A stretch of DNA of 46,395 nt from Clostridium sp. CAG:138. Lineage in GTDB: Bacteria; Verrucomicrobiota; Kiritimatiellia; RFP12; UBA1067. Under the pieces are notes generated by a model, which worked only from the letters and a program-made list of their open reading frames with translations, did not search any database and was not told the origin of the DNA. The stretch covers positions 1-46,395 of the forward strand of contig CAVFWS010000003.1 of NCBI GenBank assembly GCA_963626295.1. Direction: 5' to 3'. The position numbers and the translations under genes are program-made. Below are positions 24,157 through 32,108 of the stretch, piece by piece. How positions within the stretch are numbered: the stretch's first letter is position 1; every line of letters starts with the position of its first letter.

Positions 24157-25543
24157 CGTCTTCCTTTCCCTGTGCGGGCTCCGCCTCAAGGGGCGTGATC
24201 CCGAGTTCCTTCATGAGTTCCTTTTCCTTCGCGATCTGCCTCAGTTCCGTCTCCCAGTCCTTTCCCTGCTTGGCGTACTCCGCCGCGAGGGAGGTCGTGT
24301 TGCTCTGGAGCCGGAGCGACTGCGCCGTCGCCTCCTTCGAGGGATCGACGTGCTCGTGTCCGTCCCAGAACCACACGTGGCGGCAGTCGCAGCCGTCGAT
24401 CTCCGTCACCTTGGCGACGAGCGTCCACTCCCGGAGCCACAGCTCGAAGAGGCGGTCGAGGACGGTCTCCTCCATGAACGCCTGGTCGACGCGGATCGCC
24501 TTGTAGTAGGTCTGGTGGTCCAATCGACCGCTGGCGTAGTTGTAGCCGGAGGAGTTGCCCGCCGCGATGTTGTACGGGATGTTCAGGCAGCGTGAGATCT
24601 CGTTCAATATCTCGTGCTTGAACTCCCCGTAGGTCGTCGCGGGCTGCTTCGGATCGACCTGCGCCATCTTCCATCCGCCTGGCATCGTGAGGAGCATGTT
24701 GCGCTCCAATTGGATCGTGTCCATCGCCTCGACCGAGTCGGCCTCGCCGTTCGCCGGTGCGTCCGTGTAGAGGACGCCCGCGAAGTCGGCGGCGGCTTCG
24801 GCAGCCGAAACGACCGCGAGGGTGAACCTGCGGAGGTGTGCGAACAGGGGCAGTGCGGAGGTGATCTCCGGAATGCCCCGGTGCTGCTCGGGCCGATCCT
24901 GCCGGAACGAGTGGATCATGTTCTCGGCCTTCACGGTGTAGAACTCGGGGGCGAACGGGTGCGTCCCGCCCGGATGGTGCTTCAGCACACGGTATTCCTT
25001 CGGGTTGCCATAGGAGTCGAACGTGATGCCGTCCACCGTCCTTTCGTCGCTCGTAAGTTCCGTATCCGTAACCCGGTCGGCTTCGACGAGGACGAGGTCG
25101 AGCTTCACGTCCGACTTCAAGTTGGGGTTCTGCGCCATGACGGCGAACGCCTCGCCGTCCTGTGCGCGGGCCATGCGGATCGTCCGCAGCTTCTCCGCGA
25201 GGCGGATGCGCTTGGCCCAGTTGGTGAAATCGTATTCGACGCGCTTGTTGAGCTCGTCGTCGTCAAGGAGCATCTGGAGCCGCGGCCCCGTCCCGATCAC
25301 GTCGTTCGCGAGTGTCGAGACGATCCCGCGTGCATACGAGTTGTTCTGAACCTCGTACCGTGCGCGGGTGCGGAGGATCTTCCGCACCGAGGAATCCGCC
25401 TCGGCGTCCGCCGACAGGGCCTCCGCCGCGTGCCAGTGCTTCGCGTTGTCCTTGGAGGTCGAGGCGGCGTCGAACCGCGCCCGCATCCAGTTTGAGAGCG
25501 GCTTCAAGACCGTCTTGACCGGCTTCTTTCCGAACCACTTCAC
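24137..25543 (-). CDS. portal protein, lambda gpB family
   Basis: The length and blocks (RARYEVQNNSYARGI, GRLDHQTYY) resemble lambda-type portals. I prefer GTG 25543 as the start (GGGAGGAGG 6 nt upstream, GTGA overlap with the gpW-like stop). The track's start is ATG 25588. Confidence 0.8.
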   Translation of the reverse strand: MKWFGKKPVKTVLKPLSNWMRARFDAASTSKDNAKHWHAAEALSADAEADSSVRKILRTRARYEVQNNSYARGIVSTLANDVIGTGPRLQMLLDDDELNKRVEYDFTNWAKRIRLAEKLRTIRMARAQDGEAFAVMAQNPNLKSDVKLDLVLVEADRVTDTELTSDERTVDGITFDSYGNPKEYRVLKHHPGGTHPFAPEFYTVKAENMIHSFRQDRPEQHRGIPEITSALPLFAHLRRFTLAVVSAAEAAADFAGVLYTDAPANGEADSVEAMDTIQLERNMLLTMPGGWKMAQVDPKQPATTYGEFKHEILNEISRCLNIPYNIAAGNSSGYNYASGRLDHQTYYKAIRVDQAFMEETVLDRLFELWLREWTLVAKVTEIDGCDCRHVWFWDGHEHVDPSKEATAQSLRLQSNTTSLAAEYAKQGKDWETELRQIAKEKELMKELGITPLEAEPAQGKEDDEGKDE

Positions 25544-25743
25544 AGGATGCCTCCTCCCGATGCCATTCTCGTTATGCGCAGGGGGCATCGCTTCCCGCGC
25601 ACCGCCTTCTTCGAGGCGAGGTAGCGGTCGACCTCGATCAAGTCCGTGACGGAGTGGTTCTCGACCCGCTGGCTGTCCACCTCCATCACCTTGGGCTGGA
25701 GGAGAAGTTTCTCCATCGCCTCGTCAACCTTCGACTGTTCCAT
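25540..25743 (-). CDS. gpW-like head completion protein
   Basis: 67 aa between the terminase region and the portal. VMEVDSQRVENHSVTDLIEVDRYLA resembles lambda W VEFTATSVSDLKKYIAELE. Confidence 0.55.
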   Translation of the reverse strand: MEQSKVDEAMEKLLLQPKVMEVDSQRVENHSVTDLIEVDRYLASKKAVRGKRCPLRITRMASGGGIL

Positions 25744-27091
25744 TTTCCACCTCGTTGATTCTTCTTCCGATCCACGCCATCACGTTGACGCACATCGAGT
25801 TACCAAGCGCCTTATAGCGGGGCGCGTCCGGGCAATCCTCCGCCGGATGTCTCTTCCAGGCGATCTTCGTGTGACCGTCCGGGAAACCCGTGAGCCGCTC
25901 CGCCTCCACGGGGAGGAGCATCCTCACGACCGGCACGGGGCCGTTCACGGACGTGCAGACCGCCGAGGGCCGACGCCGCGTGAGGACGTAGGCCGGATCG
26001 TCCGAGCCGCCGAGACAGGCGAGATAGTCGCGCTTCTCGCGTCCATCGAAGTTCGTCATGTCCACGGGGTAGCAGAGCTCGCCCGTCACCACCGCCTTCG
26101 GCTCCTTGTAGTCGGTGCCCAAGAGGGTCGGCGAAGAGCCGTCCGTCTCGGAGTGGGAGAACCAGCGGCGGTCGAGGACGCAGGGAAGCTGCCCCTTGTC
26201 CGGCATCCGCTGGCCGACCGAGCGGGTCGTCCACGTGGGCGCGGCCTTCGAGCCGTCCCACCACGTCAGTTCGCCCTGCGGCGTCCCGACAGGTACTCGA
26301 GTGCCGTCCTGAACATCTCCGGCATCGCCTTGAGCTTCCGTTCTGCGCGGCGGAGTATCCCCTCCGCACAGCTCGCCGTCAAATAGTACCTTCGCGGCAC
26401 GCTCCCACGAACCAAGACTTCCGACAAGGAGGACACGCTTCCTTCGCTGCGGGATTGCCCTTGGAAATTCGGGAACGCGGGTGTATTGAGCGTCAAGCAC
26501 TCGCCATGCCACGCCGAAGCATCCGGGGGCGTTGGTGACGATCCCGGAGTTCCGCCATCCGCCGTCGGGGACGGGGACTTCCCATCCGCAGAGGAGCGAT
26601 AGGAAGGCGGCAAAATCGCGTCCGGCCCCGCTTGTGAAGACGCCATTGACGTTCTCCCAAACCAGCCAGCGTGCGCCCGTGCGGTAAGCCAGGCGAGCAA
26701 ACTCAAGCGTAAGATTGCCTCTCGCATCTTCAAGTCCTTTCCGAAGCCCCGCCACGCTGAACGCCTGACAGGGGCTGCCGCCGACGAGGAGGTCGATGTC
26801 GCCCCCGACGTCGGATTTCTCGATCTTCGTGAAGTCGCCGAAGTTGGGGAGCGTACCGCCCTCGCGGACAAAGGGCATCGCCCGCAGCCACGACTCGCGG
26901 AGCTTCCGATCCTTCCCCGGCGGAACCGCCGCCGGATCGAGCGGACGGAGCGGCCTCGTCGCGCCGAACCTCTCGCGGAGGACGGCGCACGGAAACGGCT
27001 CCACCTCGGAGACGAAGGCGCACTCCCAGCCGAGGGGAGCCCATGCGACCGTGGCAGCCTCGATGCCACTGCAGACGCTTCCGTACCGCAT
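25724..27091 (-). CDS. DNA (cytosine-5)-methyltransferase
   Basis: Motifs SVCSGIEA (I), GGSPCQAFS (IV), WENV (VI), QRRKRV (VIII) and GNS (X), with RBS GAAAGGAAGGAGG. See the finding about an internal frame anomaly at 26266-26430. Confidence 0.85.
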   Translation of the reverse strand: MRYGSVCSGIEAATVAWAPLGWECAFVSEVEPFPCAVLRERFGATRPLRPLDPAAVPPGKDRKLRESWLRAMPFVREGGTLPNFGDFTKIEKSDVGGDIDLLVGGSPCQAFSVAGLRKGLEDARGNLTLEFARLAYRTGARWLVWENVNGVFTSGAGRDFAAFLSLLCGWEVPVPDGGWRNSGIVTNAPGCFGVAWRVLDAQYTRVPEFPRAIPQRRKRVLLVGSLGSWERAAKVLFDGELCGGDTPPRRTEAQGDAGDVQDGTRVPVGTPQGELTWWDGSKAAPTWTTRSVGQRMPDKGQLPCVLDRRWFSHSETDGSSPTLLGTDYKEPKAVVTGELCYPVDMTNFDGREKRDYLACLGGSDDPAYVLTRRRPSAVCTSVNGPVPVVRMLLPVEAERLTGFPDGHTKIAWKRHPAEDCPDAPRYKALGNSMCVNVMAWIGRRINEVENGTVEG

Positions 27092-27306
27092 GGGCTCTCC
27101 CTCCTTCCTTTCGCTTCACCTACCTCAAGAGTTAGTGACCGTGCGGAGAGGTATGGTTCCGCTTAAGGGGCCGGTCGACCCTGATGTGGCTCCGGGGAAG
27201 AAACAACCAAAGAACCCGGAGCGCCGCCCTGCGGGAATACCGTCCCAGCAGAACGCGATGAAATCCTCGGCCTGCGAAGGATAGCGTCTTGCAACGCACA
27301 TCCCTC

Positions 27307-27347
27307 GCAGCGTAGTTATTAGCCGTGACCCGTGAAAATGGTGCAGA
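27307..27347 (-). promoter_or_regulatory. conserved bipartite motif, copy A
   Basis: Plus-strand reading is GCAGCGTAGTTATTAGCCG-N14-GGTGCAGA, about 215 nt upstream (in the transcription sense) of the C5-MTase ATG. Confidence 0.55.
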
Positions 27348-27409
27348 GTTTCTGCAACTTTTTTCGACTGCCGCGACTTTTTGCCACGCACGGGGGAGAA
27401 TCGGCCCCC

Positions 27410-27450
27410 GCAGCGTAGTTATTAGCCGCGAGCAGGTGTTTTGGTGCGGA
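27410..27450 (-). promoter_or_regulatory. conserved bipartite motif, copy B
   Basis: GCAGCGTAGTTATTAGCCG-N14-GGTGCGGA, beginning 10 nt after the terminase stop codon and 103 nt from copy A. Confidence 0.55.
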
Positions 27451-27459
27451 CAATTTTCA

Positions 27460-29751
27460 TCATCCGCGAAGTTTTCTCAATTCCGAGAGTTTCATCTTTG
27501 GCTTCGATTCCGTCGACTTCTTGACGACCGTGTCCGTCCCCGCGAGGACGCATCCGGCCATCGAAGCGCCGACCGCACACCCGACGAGTCCGTCCCACCA
27601 GTGGTTGTCCGTTCCCTCCGGGCGCATCTTCCATTCCTCGACGCGCCGTCCGCGTCCCTCGGTCTTGACGCGGTACTCCGCAGTCAAGTGTTCGGCGAAA
27701 AGCATGTGCGTTTCGCTCGAACGCCCCCAGAGGGAGAGCGATCCACGGTCACCCATCGTCTCGAGGAGACGGCTGGCGACAAAACTCTTCCAGTAGTTCG
27801 TGTCGAAGACGACGTGCCGCACCGCCCGCTTCCCGCGGATGTTCGGCATCCGCCAGTTGTGGCCGACCCGGTCGCCCACAACCTTGTGGTACTCGCTCAT
27901 CGGCTTCGAGGAAGCGCCGATGTACTTGCCGTGCGAGGGGATGATGATGTTCGAGTAGGCGGACTCGCGGCAGAACTGGTAGACCACGTCGGTCGACTGA
28001 CCCCAGTTCGCGTCCACGAGACACTTCTCGATCTTCATCGCCGCTCCGTCGTCGCGGGTGAACTCGCGGGCGAGGTAATCGTCCGTGAGGGCCTTGAGTC
28101 CCGAGTAGAGGCATCCCTCCAAGCCGGAGCGAGGGAACTTCGACTGCAGCGTCGGATTCGCCTCCGAGAGCGTGAAGTACCGCCGCCTCTGGTCCGGCCA
28201 TGCGCCGTAGTCGATCACGTAACCCGTGAAGTCGTCGTCCCACGCGCACACGACGTAAAAGAGGAGAGTCTTCTGCACGTCCACGAACATCGTGATGTGG
28301 TTCGCCGAGACGGGAATCGTCCGCTGGGTGTGTCCGTTGATCTTGTTGACGATGCCGTCAACCGTCAGTTGCTCGTCCGTTCCCAAGTCCTCCGGCAGGG
28401 GTTCGTTCTGATACTCCGCCCAGAACGCCGATTCGTCGGTGAGCTTCAAGTTCATCGCATGCTGGACGGCGGAGATCTCGTCGTAGTTGTGCCGGTCGGG
28501 CCACGACACGACCGCACCCTCGTCCATCTCGAACTGATGCTCCCGGTAGAACTCGGTCGCTTTCTCGAACGTTCCGTTCTCCCGGAGTTCGTCGGCGCGT
28601 AGATCGGCGTACTTCTCCCACAGCTCCTCGTTCTTGGGGAACTGATAGATCATCTTGCATCGCTCCCCGTTCCACTCCGGATGCTTCGACTTGTCGAGGA
28701 TCTGCTCGGCCATGTCGCCGGGGCGGATGACCGTGCAGGGCATGATGCCCGCGATCTTCTTCCCCGGCCCCGCGAGGCCAAGGATGTCGCCCGCGAGGAC
28801 ACGGACGCGCTTTCTCGTCTGTTCGACGGAATCCGCCGATTCCGAGGTCTGCGGGTCGTCGATGACGACGAACTCGGGGCGGATCGTCCGCCCGTCCGGC
28901 TTCTTGTACTTCATGCCGCGAATGCGGCCCGTGATGCCCGCTACGCGGACGATCACTCCGGACGAGAGCGCGTCCCTGATCGTCGGAAGGACAATCTCGT
29001 TCGCGGTCCAAGTTATGCGCGTCCGCTCGCCCTTGTAGAGCTGACCGGCGCAGCGGTTCGCGATTCCCTCCAGCTTCGAGATCGGATAGGCGACCTCGGG
29101 GAAGTCCGCCGCTATGTGTTCGTTCACCTCGAACTCGGTCTTGATCGAATCGAGCATTTCCAAGGCGGCGGATTCGGAAGCGCCGATCAGCACGACGAAC
29201 TCGCGGTGACCGTAGAGCATCGCCCAGATCGCGGCGGTCTCGGTCAATGAAGACTTGCCGCTGCCACGACTCATGGCGAGTGCGAAAAGACCGCCCTCGA
29301 GGACTGACTTCTGTATCTTCGAGATGGCGCGGAGGTGGTCATCCGACCACTTGAGCTGGTAGACCTCGGGAAAGTACGTCTCGCAGAAGAGCTTGAAATC
29401 GTCCTTGCAGGACGCCTTGCGCTCCGGATTCTCGACTTCGGGCAGTTCGCCGATGTCGCGGCCTTCGAGCGAACGTTCGAGGGAACGCTTCGCCGCATCG
29501 GCCCTGATGTCATCGTAGTCCATCGCCGAGTTGTCCTCGGCCGGCGTGTTCTTCCGGTCGACGAGCCACGCGACGTACCGGTAGAAGCTGATGTAGTGGC
29601 TGTCCTCGGCGGACGCGATGCGGTAGCCCGCGTTCGTGAAGTGGCGGTAGACCTGCGCGGGAGAGACGACCGTCCCGAAGTCCGTCGAGTTGATGAGCTT
29701 CACCACCTCGGCCGGCTTCAGCTTCGAGGGCGTGATCGAATTAGTCGCCAT
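27460..29751 (-). CDS. terminase large subunit, lambda GpA-like, with an extra N-terminal domain
   Basis: 763 aa with Walker A MSRGSGKSS, FVVIDDPQT and a C-terminal nuclease region. The overall blocks resemble Terminase_GpA. Confidence 0.85.
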   Translation of the reverse strand: MATNSITPSKLKPAEVVKLINSTDFGTVVSPAQVYRHFTNAGYRIASAEDSHYISFYRYVAWLVDRKNTPAEDNSAMDYDDIRADAAKRSLERSLEGRDIGELPEVENPERKASCKDDFKLFCETYFPEVYQLKWSDDHLRAISKIQKSVLEGGLFALAMSRGSGKSSLTETAAIWAMLYGHREFVVLIGASESAALEMLDSIKTEFEVNEHIAADFPEVAYPISKLEGIANRCAGQLYKGERTRITWTANEIVLPTIRDALSSGVIVRVAGITGRIRGMKYKKPDGRTIRPEFVVIDDPQTSESADSVEQTRKRVRVLAGDILGLAGPGKKIAGIMPCTVIRPGDMAEQILDKSKHPEWNGERCKMIYQFPKNEELWEKYADLRADELRENGTFEKATEFYREHQFEMDEGAVVSWPDRHNYDEISAVQHAMNLKLTDESAFWAEYQNEPLPEDLGTDEQLTVDGIVNKINGHTQRTIPVSANHITMFVDVQKTLLFYVVCAWDDDFTGYVIDYGAWPDQRRRYFTLSEANPTLQSKFPRSGLEGCLYSGLKALTDDYLAREFTRDDGAAMKIEKCLVDANWGQSTDVVYQFCRESAYSNIIIPSHGKYIGASSKPMSEYHKVVGDRVGHNWRMPNIRGKRAVRHVVFDTNYWKSFVASRLLETMGDRGSLSLWGRSSETHMLFAEHLTAEYRVKTEGRGRRVEEWKMRPEGTDNHWWDGLVGCAVGASMAGCVLAGTDTVVKKSTESKPKMKLSELRKLRG

Positions 29752-29932
29752 TCAAGTTTCCTTTCAGTATCCACGCGGCATACTCGATGAGGTTCACCGT
29801 GCCGTCTTCGTTCAGTGGTGCGCCGGATGCGATGTCCGCCGCCAGCGTCTCTTCCGTGATCGTGCGCGACCCCTGTCCCTTGAGGAGCCGGACAACCTCG
29901 TCCTTCGTCAGTTTTGCAATCTTAGGGGTCAT
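29741..29932 (-). CDS. small DNA-binding protein (terminase small subunit candidate)
   Basis: 63 aa, overlapping the TerL start by 11 nt. It is paralogous to the TerL N-terminus (EVVRLL...LIEYAAWILKG versus EVVKLI...FYRYVAWLVDR). Confidence 0.45.
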   Translation of the reverse strand: MTPKIAKLTKDEVVRLLKGQGSRTITEETLAADIASGAPLNEDGTVNLIEYAAWILKGNLNGD

Positions 29933-30050
29933 TTCATGCCTCCGAAAAATAGTTCAAATGCCCGCTGGCTATTCCCGCGCGATTACGGCACAATGTCACC
30001 CGATCCTCCGGAATGGGTCCGGAGATCGCAACAAGAAAGGAACCGCACCT

Positions 30051-30365
30051 ATGTGCAAGAACAAGAAAGCGAGTCAGTCCAGCAAGGCCGCCGCAGCCCC
30101 GAAGGCCGCGAAAGCCGCAACGCCCAAGACGGGCGAGAAGAAGATGAGTCTCCTCAAGGCCGCAGTAGCGGTACTCGACAGGAGCGAGGAGGCGCTGGGG
30201 GCCAAGCAGCTCGTCGAGCGCGCCAAGTCCGAGGGACTCTGGACGCCCGGCGAGGGCAAGACCCCGGAGCAGACGCTCTACTCCGCAATGGTCCGCGAGA
30301 TCAAGACCAAGGGCGAGAACGCCCGCTTCACCAAGGACGGCGGACTCTTCCGCATCAAGCGGTGA
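30051..30365 (+). CDS. HARE-HTH domain protein with a Lys/Ala-rich histone-H1-like N-terminal tail
   Basis: The only convincing plus-strand gene. AAGAAAGGAAC RBS precedes ATG 30051. The tail is KNKKASQSSKAAAAPKAAKAATPKTGEKK, followed by MSLLKAAVAVLDRSEEALGAKQLVERAKSEGLW..KTPEQTLYSAMVREIK...RFTKDGGLFRIK. Confidence 0.65.
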   Translation: MCKNKKASQSSKAAAAPKAAKAATPKTGEKKMSLLKAAVAVLDRSEEALGAKQLVERAKSEGLWTPGEGKTPEQTLYSAMVREIKTKGENARFTKDGGLFRIKR

Positions 30366-30374
30366 GAGCCGCCC

Positions 30375-30599
30375 TTACCGCCGCCACGCGACCGCGCCCC
30401 AGACCGCGAACGCGAGGTGGACGAGGTCGAGGGCAAGCCGCGACCAGAGGCCGAGCGAGATGTCGACTATCGCCCACGCCACGTTCGCAACCGCCCAGAC
30501 GTAGAAGCATGAACGCATCTTCCACACGTTGAGGGCCGTTCCGAGGAGCGAAAAGGCCGTGAGCGACCAGAGGACGATCTGCATCCAAACGCCGCTCAT
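30375..30599 (-). CDS. 3-TM small membrane protein (PnuC-repeat-like signature; holin or transporter fragment?)
   Basis: MSGVWMQIVLWSLTAFSLLGTALNVWKMRSCFYVWAVANVAWAIVD... Start set by the ATGA overlap with the upstream small ORF. Confidence 0.5.
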   Translation of the reverse strand: MSGVWMQIVLWSLTAFSLLGTALNVWKMRSCFYVWAVANVAWAIVDISLGLWSRLALDLVHLAFAVWGAVAWRR

Positions 30600-30751
30600 G
30601 TCCTGAACCTCGCAAGCGGCCATATCTCGACGGACGAGTCGATGCGATCCCGCGCAAGGCGGTCGCGGACGGCCTCGGCGATTTCGTCGAGGTCGATCTT
30701 CTCCCCGTCGTCCGCCGAAACGTCGATGACGAGGGTGCTCGTGATGTACAT
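30596..30751 (-). CDS. small acidic protein (51 aa), below the size cut-off of the ORF track
   Basis: MYITSTLVIDVSADDGEKIDLDEIAEAVRDRLARDRIDSSVEIWPLARFRT. GGAAAGGAAC RBS, high GC3, and an ATGA overlap with the next gene. Confidence 0.55.
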   Translation of the reverse strand: MYITSTLVIDVSADDGEKIDLDEIAEAVRDRLARDRIDSSVEIWPLARFRT

Positions 30752-30793
30752 TTCAAGTTGTTCCTTTCCGTTGCCGCCCGCTGGCGGCGAATT

Positions 30794-31810
30794 CTACGAC
30801 TCGAAGCCGAAGAGTCCGGCCGCACAGCGGTCGGCGTAGCCGGGGTAGGCGAGGCCGAGCGTGTCGATGACGTGCGAGGCCGGTTCGGATTCGATGCCCG
30901 TTTCGAGGAGGTTGTTCTCCGCGTCGAAGTACGAGACGCGGATCTCCTTCCTGCCGATGCAGCACGAGATCTGGCACTGGACGAGCGGGAGGTTGTGCGC
31001 CTTCCGGTATTCGAGCGCCTTCATGCGGGCATAGACATTCAGGGTCACGTCCGCCTTCGTGGGATCCTTGCCCCACGGAGAGCCGCCGCCAATCCGGCTG
31101 TTACCGCCATAGAAGTCCACGACGAGCTTCCGACCGGTCGTGCCGCAGTCGCCTATGGAGCCATGCTTCACGTAGCGGCCCGTCCCGTTCACGACCACGT
31201 GGCAGTCATTGCCGACGAACTCGCGGACGAGCGCTTCGACCGGGGCTTCGCTCTCGCCGGGCGGGAGCGGGATCGCCACCACGCACTCGACGGGCTTGCC
31301 GTCCTCGAGCGTCACCTGCGTCTTCACGTCCAAGCCGCCGAGCTGGCGCGAGACGAGTTCCTGCGCGATCCGCCGGGCGAGCCAGTAGTCCTTCGGCATG
31401 TTGCCCGTCTCGGGATCGTCGACCGCGAGGCCGAAGAAGATCCCCTGGTCGCCCCAGCCGTCGGCATTCACGCCCTGCGCGATGTCGTCGGACTGCTGGG
31501 AGATGTGCAGGGCAACCTCCACGTCCGTTCCGTTGATGCAGTTCTGGTCGCCGAACTTCGCCTGATAGGCATCGTCGTAGCCGATCTTGCGGATCGCCTC
31601 ACGGACGAACTCGGAGAGTTCCGCATCGGTGAAGCGCCAAGTGGAGGTCACCTCGCCCGAGAGTGTGCAGAATCCGTCCTTGAGCTGAACCTCAAGGGCC
31701 ACGCGGGAGCGCGGATCCTTCTCGAGATAGCGGTCGAGGATGTGGCTGGCGATGTAGTCGCAGGTGCGGTCGGGGTGTCCGACGGCGCAGTATTCGCTTG
31801 TCTGAATCAT
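30794..31810 (-). CDS. metK: S-adenosylmethionine synthetase-like protein (short, divergent MetK)
   Basis: GHPDRTCDYIASHILD, GDQGIFFG and GDCGTTGRKLVVDFYGGNSRIGGGSPWGKDPTKADV correspond to the canonical MetK blocks GHPDK.CDQISD, GDQG and GDAGLTGRK..VDTYGG..HGGGAFSGKDP.KVD. Confidence 0.8.
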   Translation of the reverse strand: MIQTSEYCAVGHPDRTCDYIASHILDRYLEKDPRSRVALEVQLKDGFCTLSGEVTSTWRFTDAELSEFVREAIRKIGYDDAYQAKFGDQNCINGTDVEVALHISQQSDDIAQGVNADGWGDQGIFFGLAVDDPETGNMPKDYWLARRIAQELVSRQLGGLDVKTQVTLEDGKPVECVVAIPLPPGESEAPVEALVREFVGNDCHVVVNGTGRYVKHGSIGDCGTTGRKLVVDFYGGNSRIGGGSPWGKDPTKADVTLNVYARMKALEYRKAHNLPLVQCQISCCIGRKEIRVSYFDAENNLLETGIESEPASHVIDTLGLAYPGYADRCAAGLFGFES

Positions 31811-32108
31811 TTTTGCTTGTCCTTCATTGTCACGGCGTCCATGAGAATGGATACCGGTGAATATACTTCGTGTACAGGGACGACACCCGGGATGTACAGG
31901 ACATCTACTCGGATCCTGTGGGGAGTCATCCCGATCTTATTACCGTAAACGGGAATCTGCCCTTATACGGCGCGATACCGCCCGTTTACGGCGGATTGCG
32001 CGCTCTATACGGCTCTCTGAAAGTGTGTTTCCGGCGCTCTATAGTGCTCTGTCACGCAGATGTAGTGTCGACGTGACAGAGTATACGATTGCTGAGTTTG
32101 CACACTTT

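Noticed and set aside
25544-25588. ATG 25588 as the portal start
   Set aside because: It would overlap the gpW-like gene by 49 nt and has a weak RBS. GTG 25543 has GGGAGGAGG upstream and the GTGA overlap that is the norm in this genome. This is not fully excluded.
27125-27391. 88-aa minus-strand ORF in the terminase/MTase gap
   Set aside because: It has no RBS and poor composition, and it spans motif copy A. The region is better explained as a promoter/leader.
31811-32108. SAM riboswitch upstream of phage metK
   Set aside because: I could not find the SAM-I core (GAGGGA...GCAACC style), or SAM-II/V or SAM-SAH consensus elements by eye. This is left as something to test with Infernal, not claimed.
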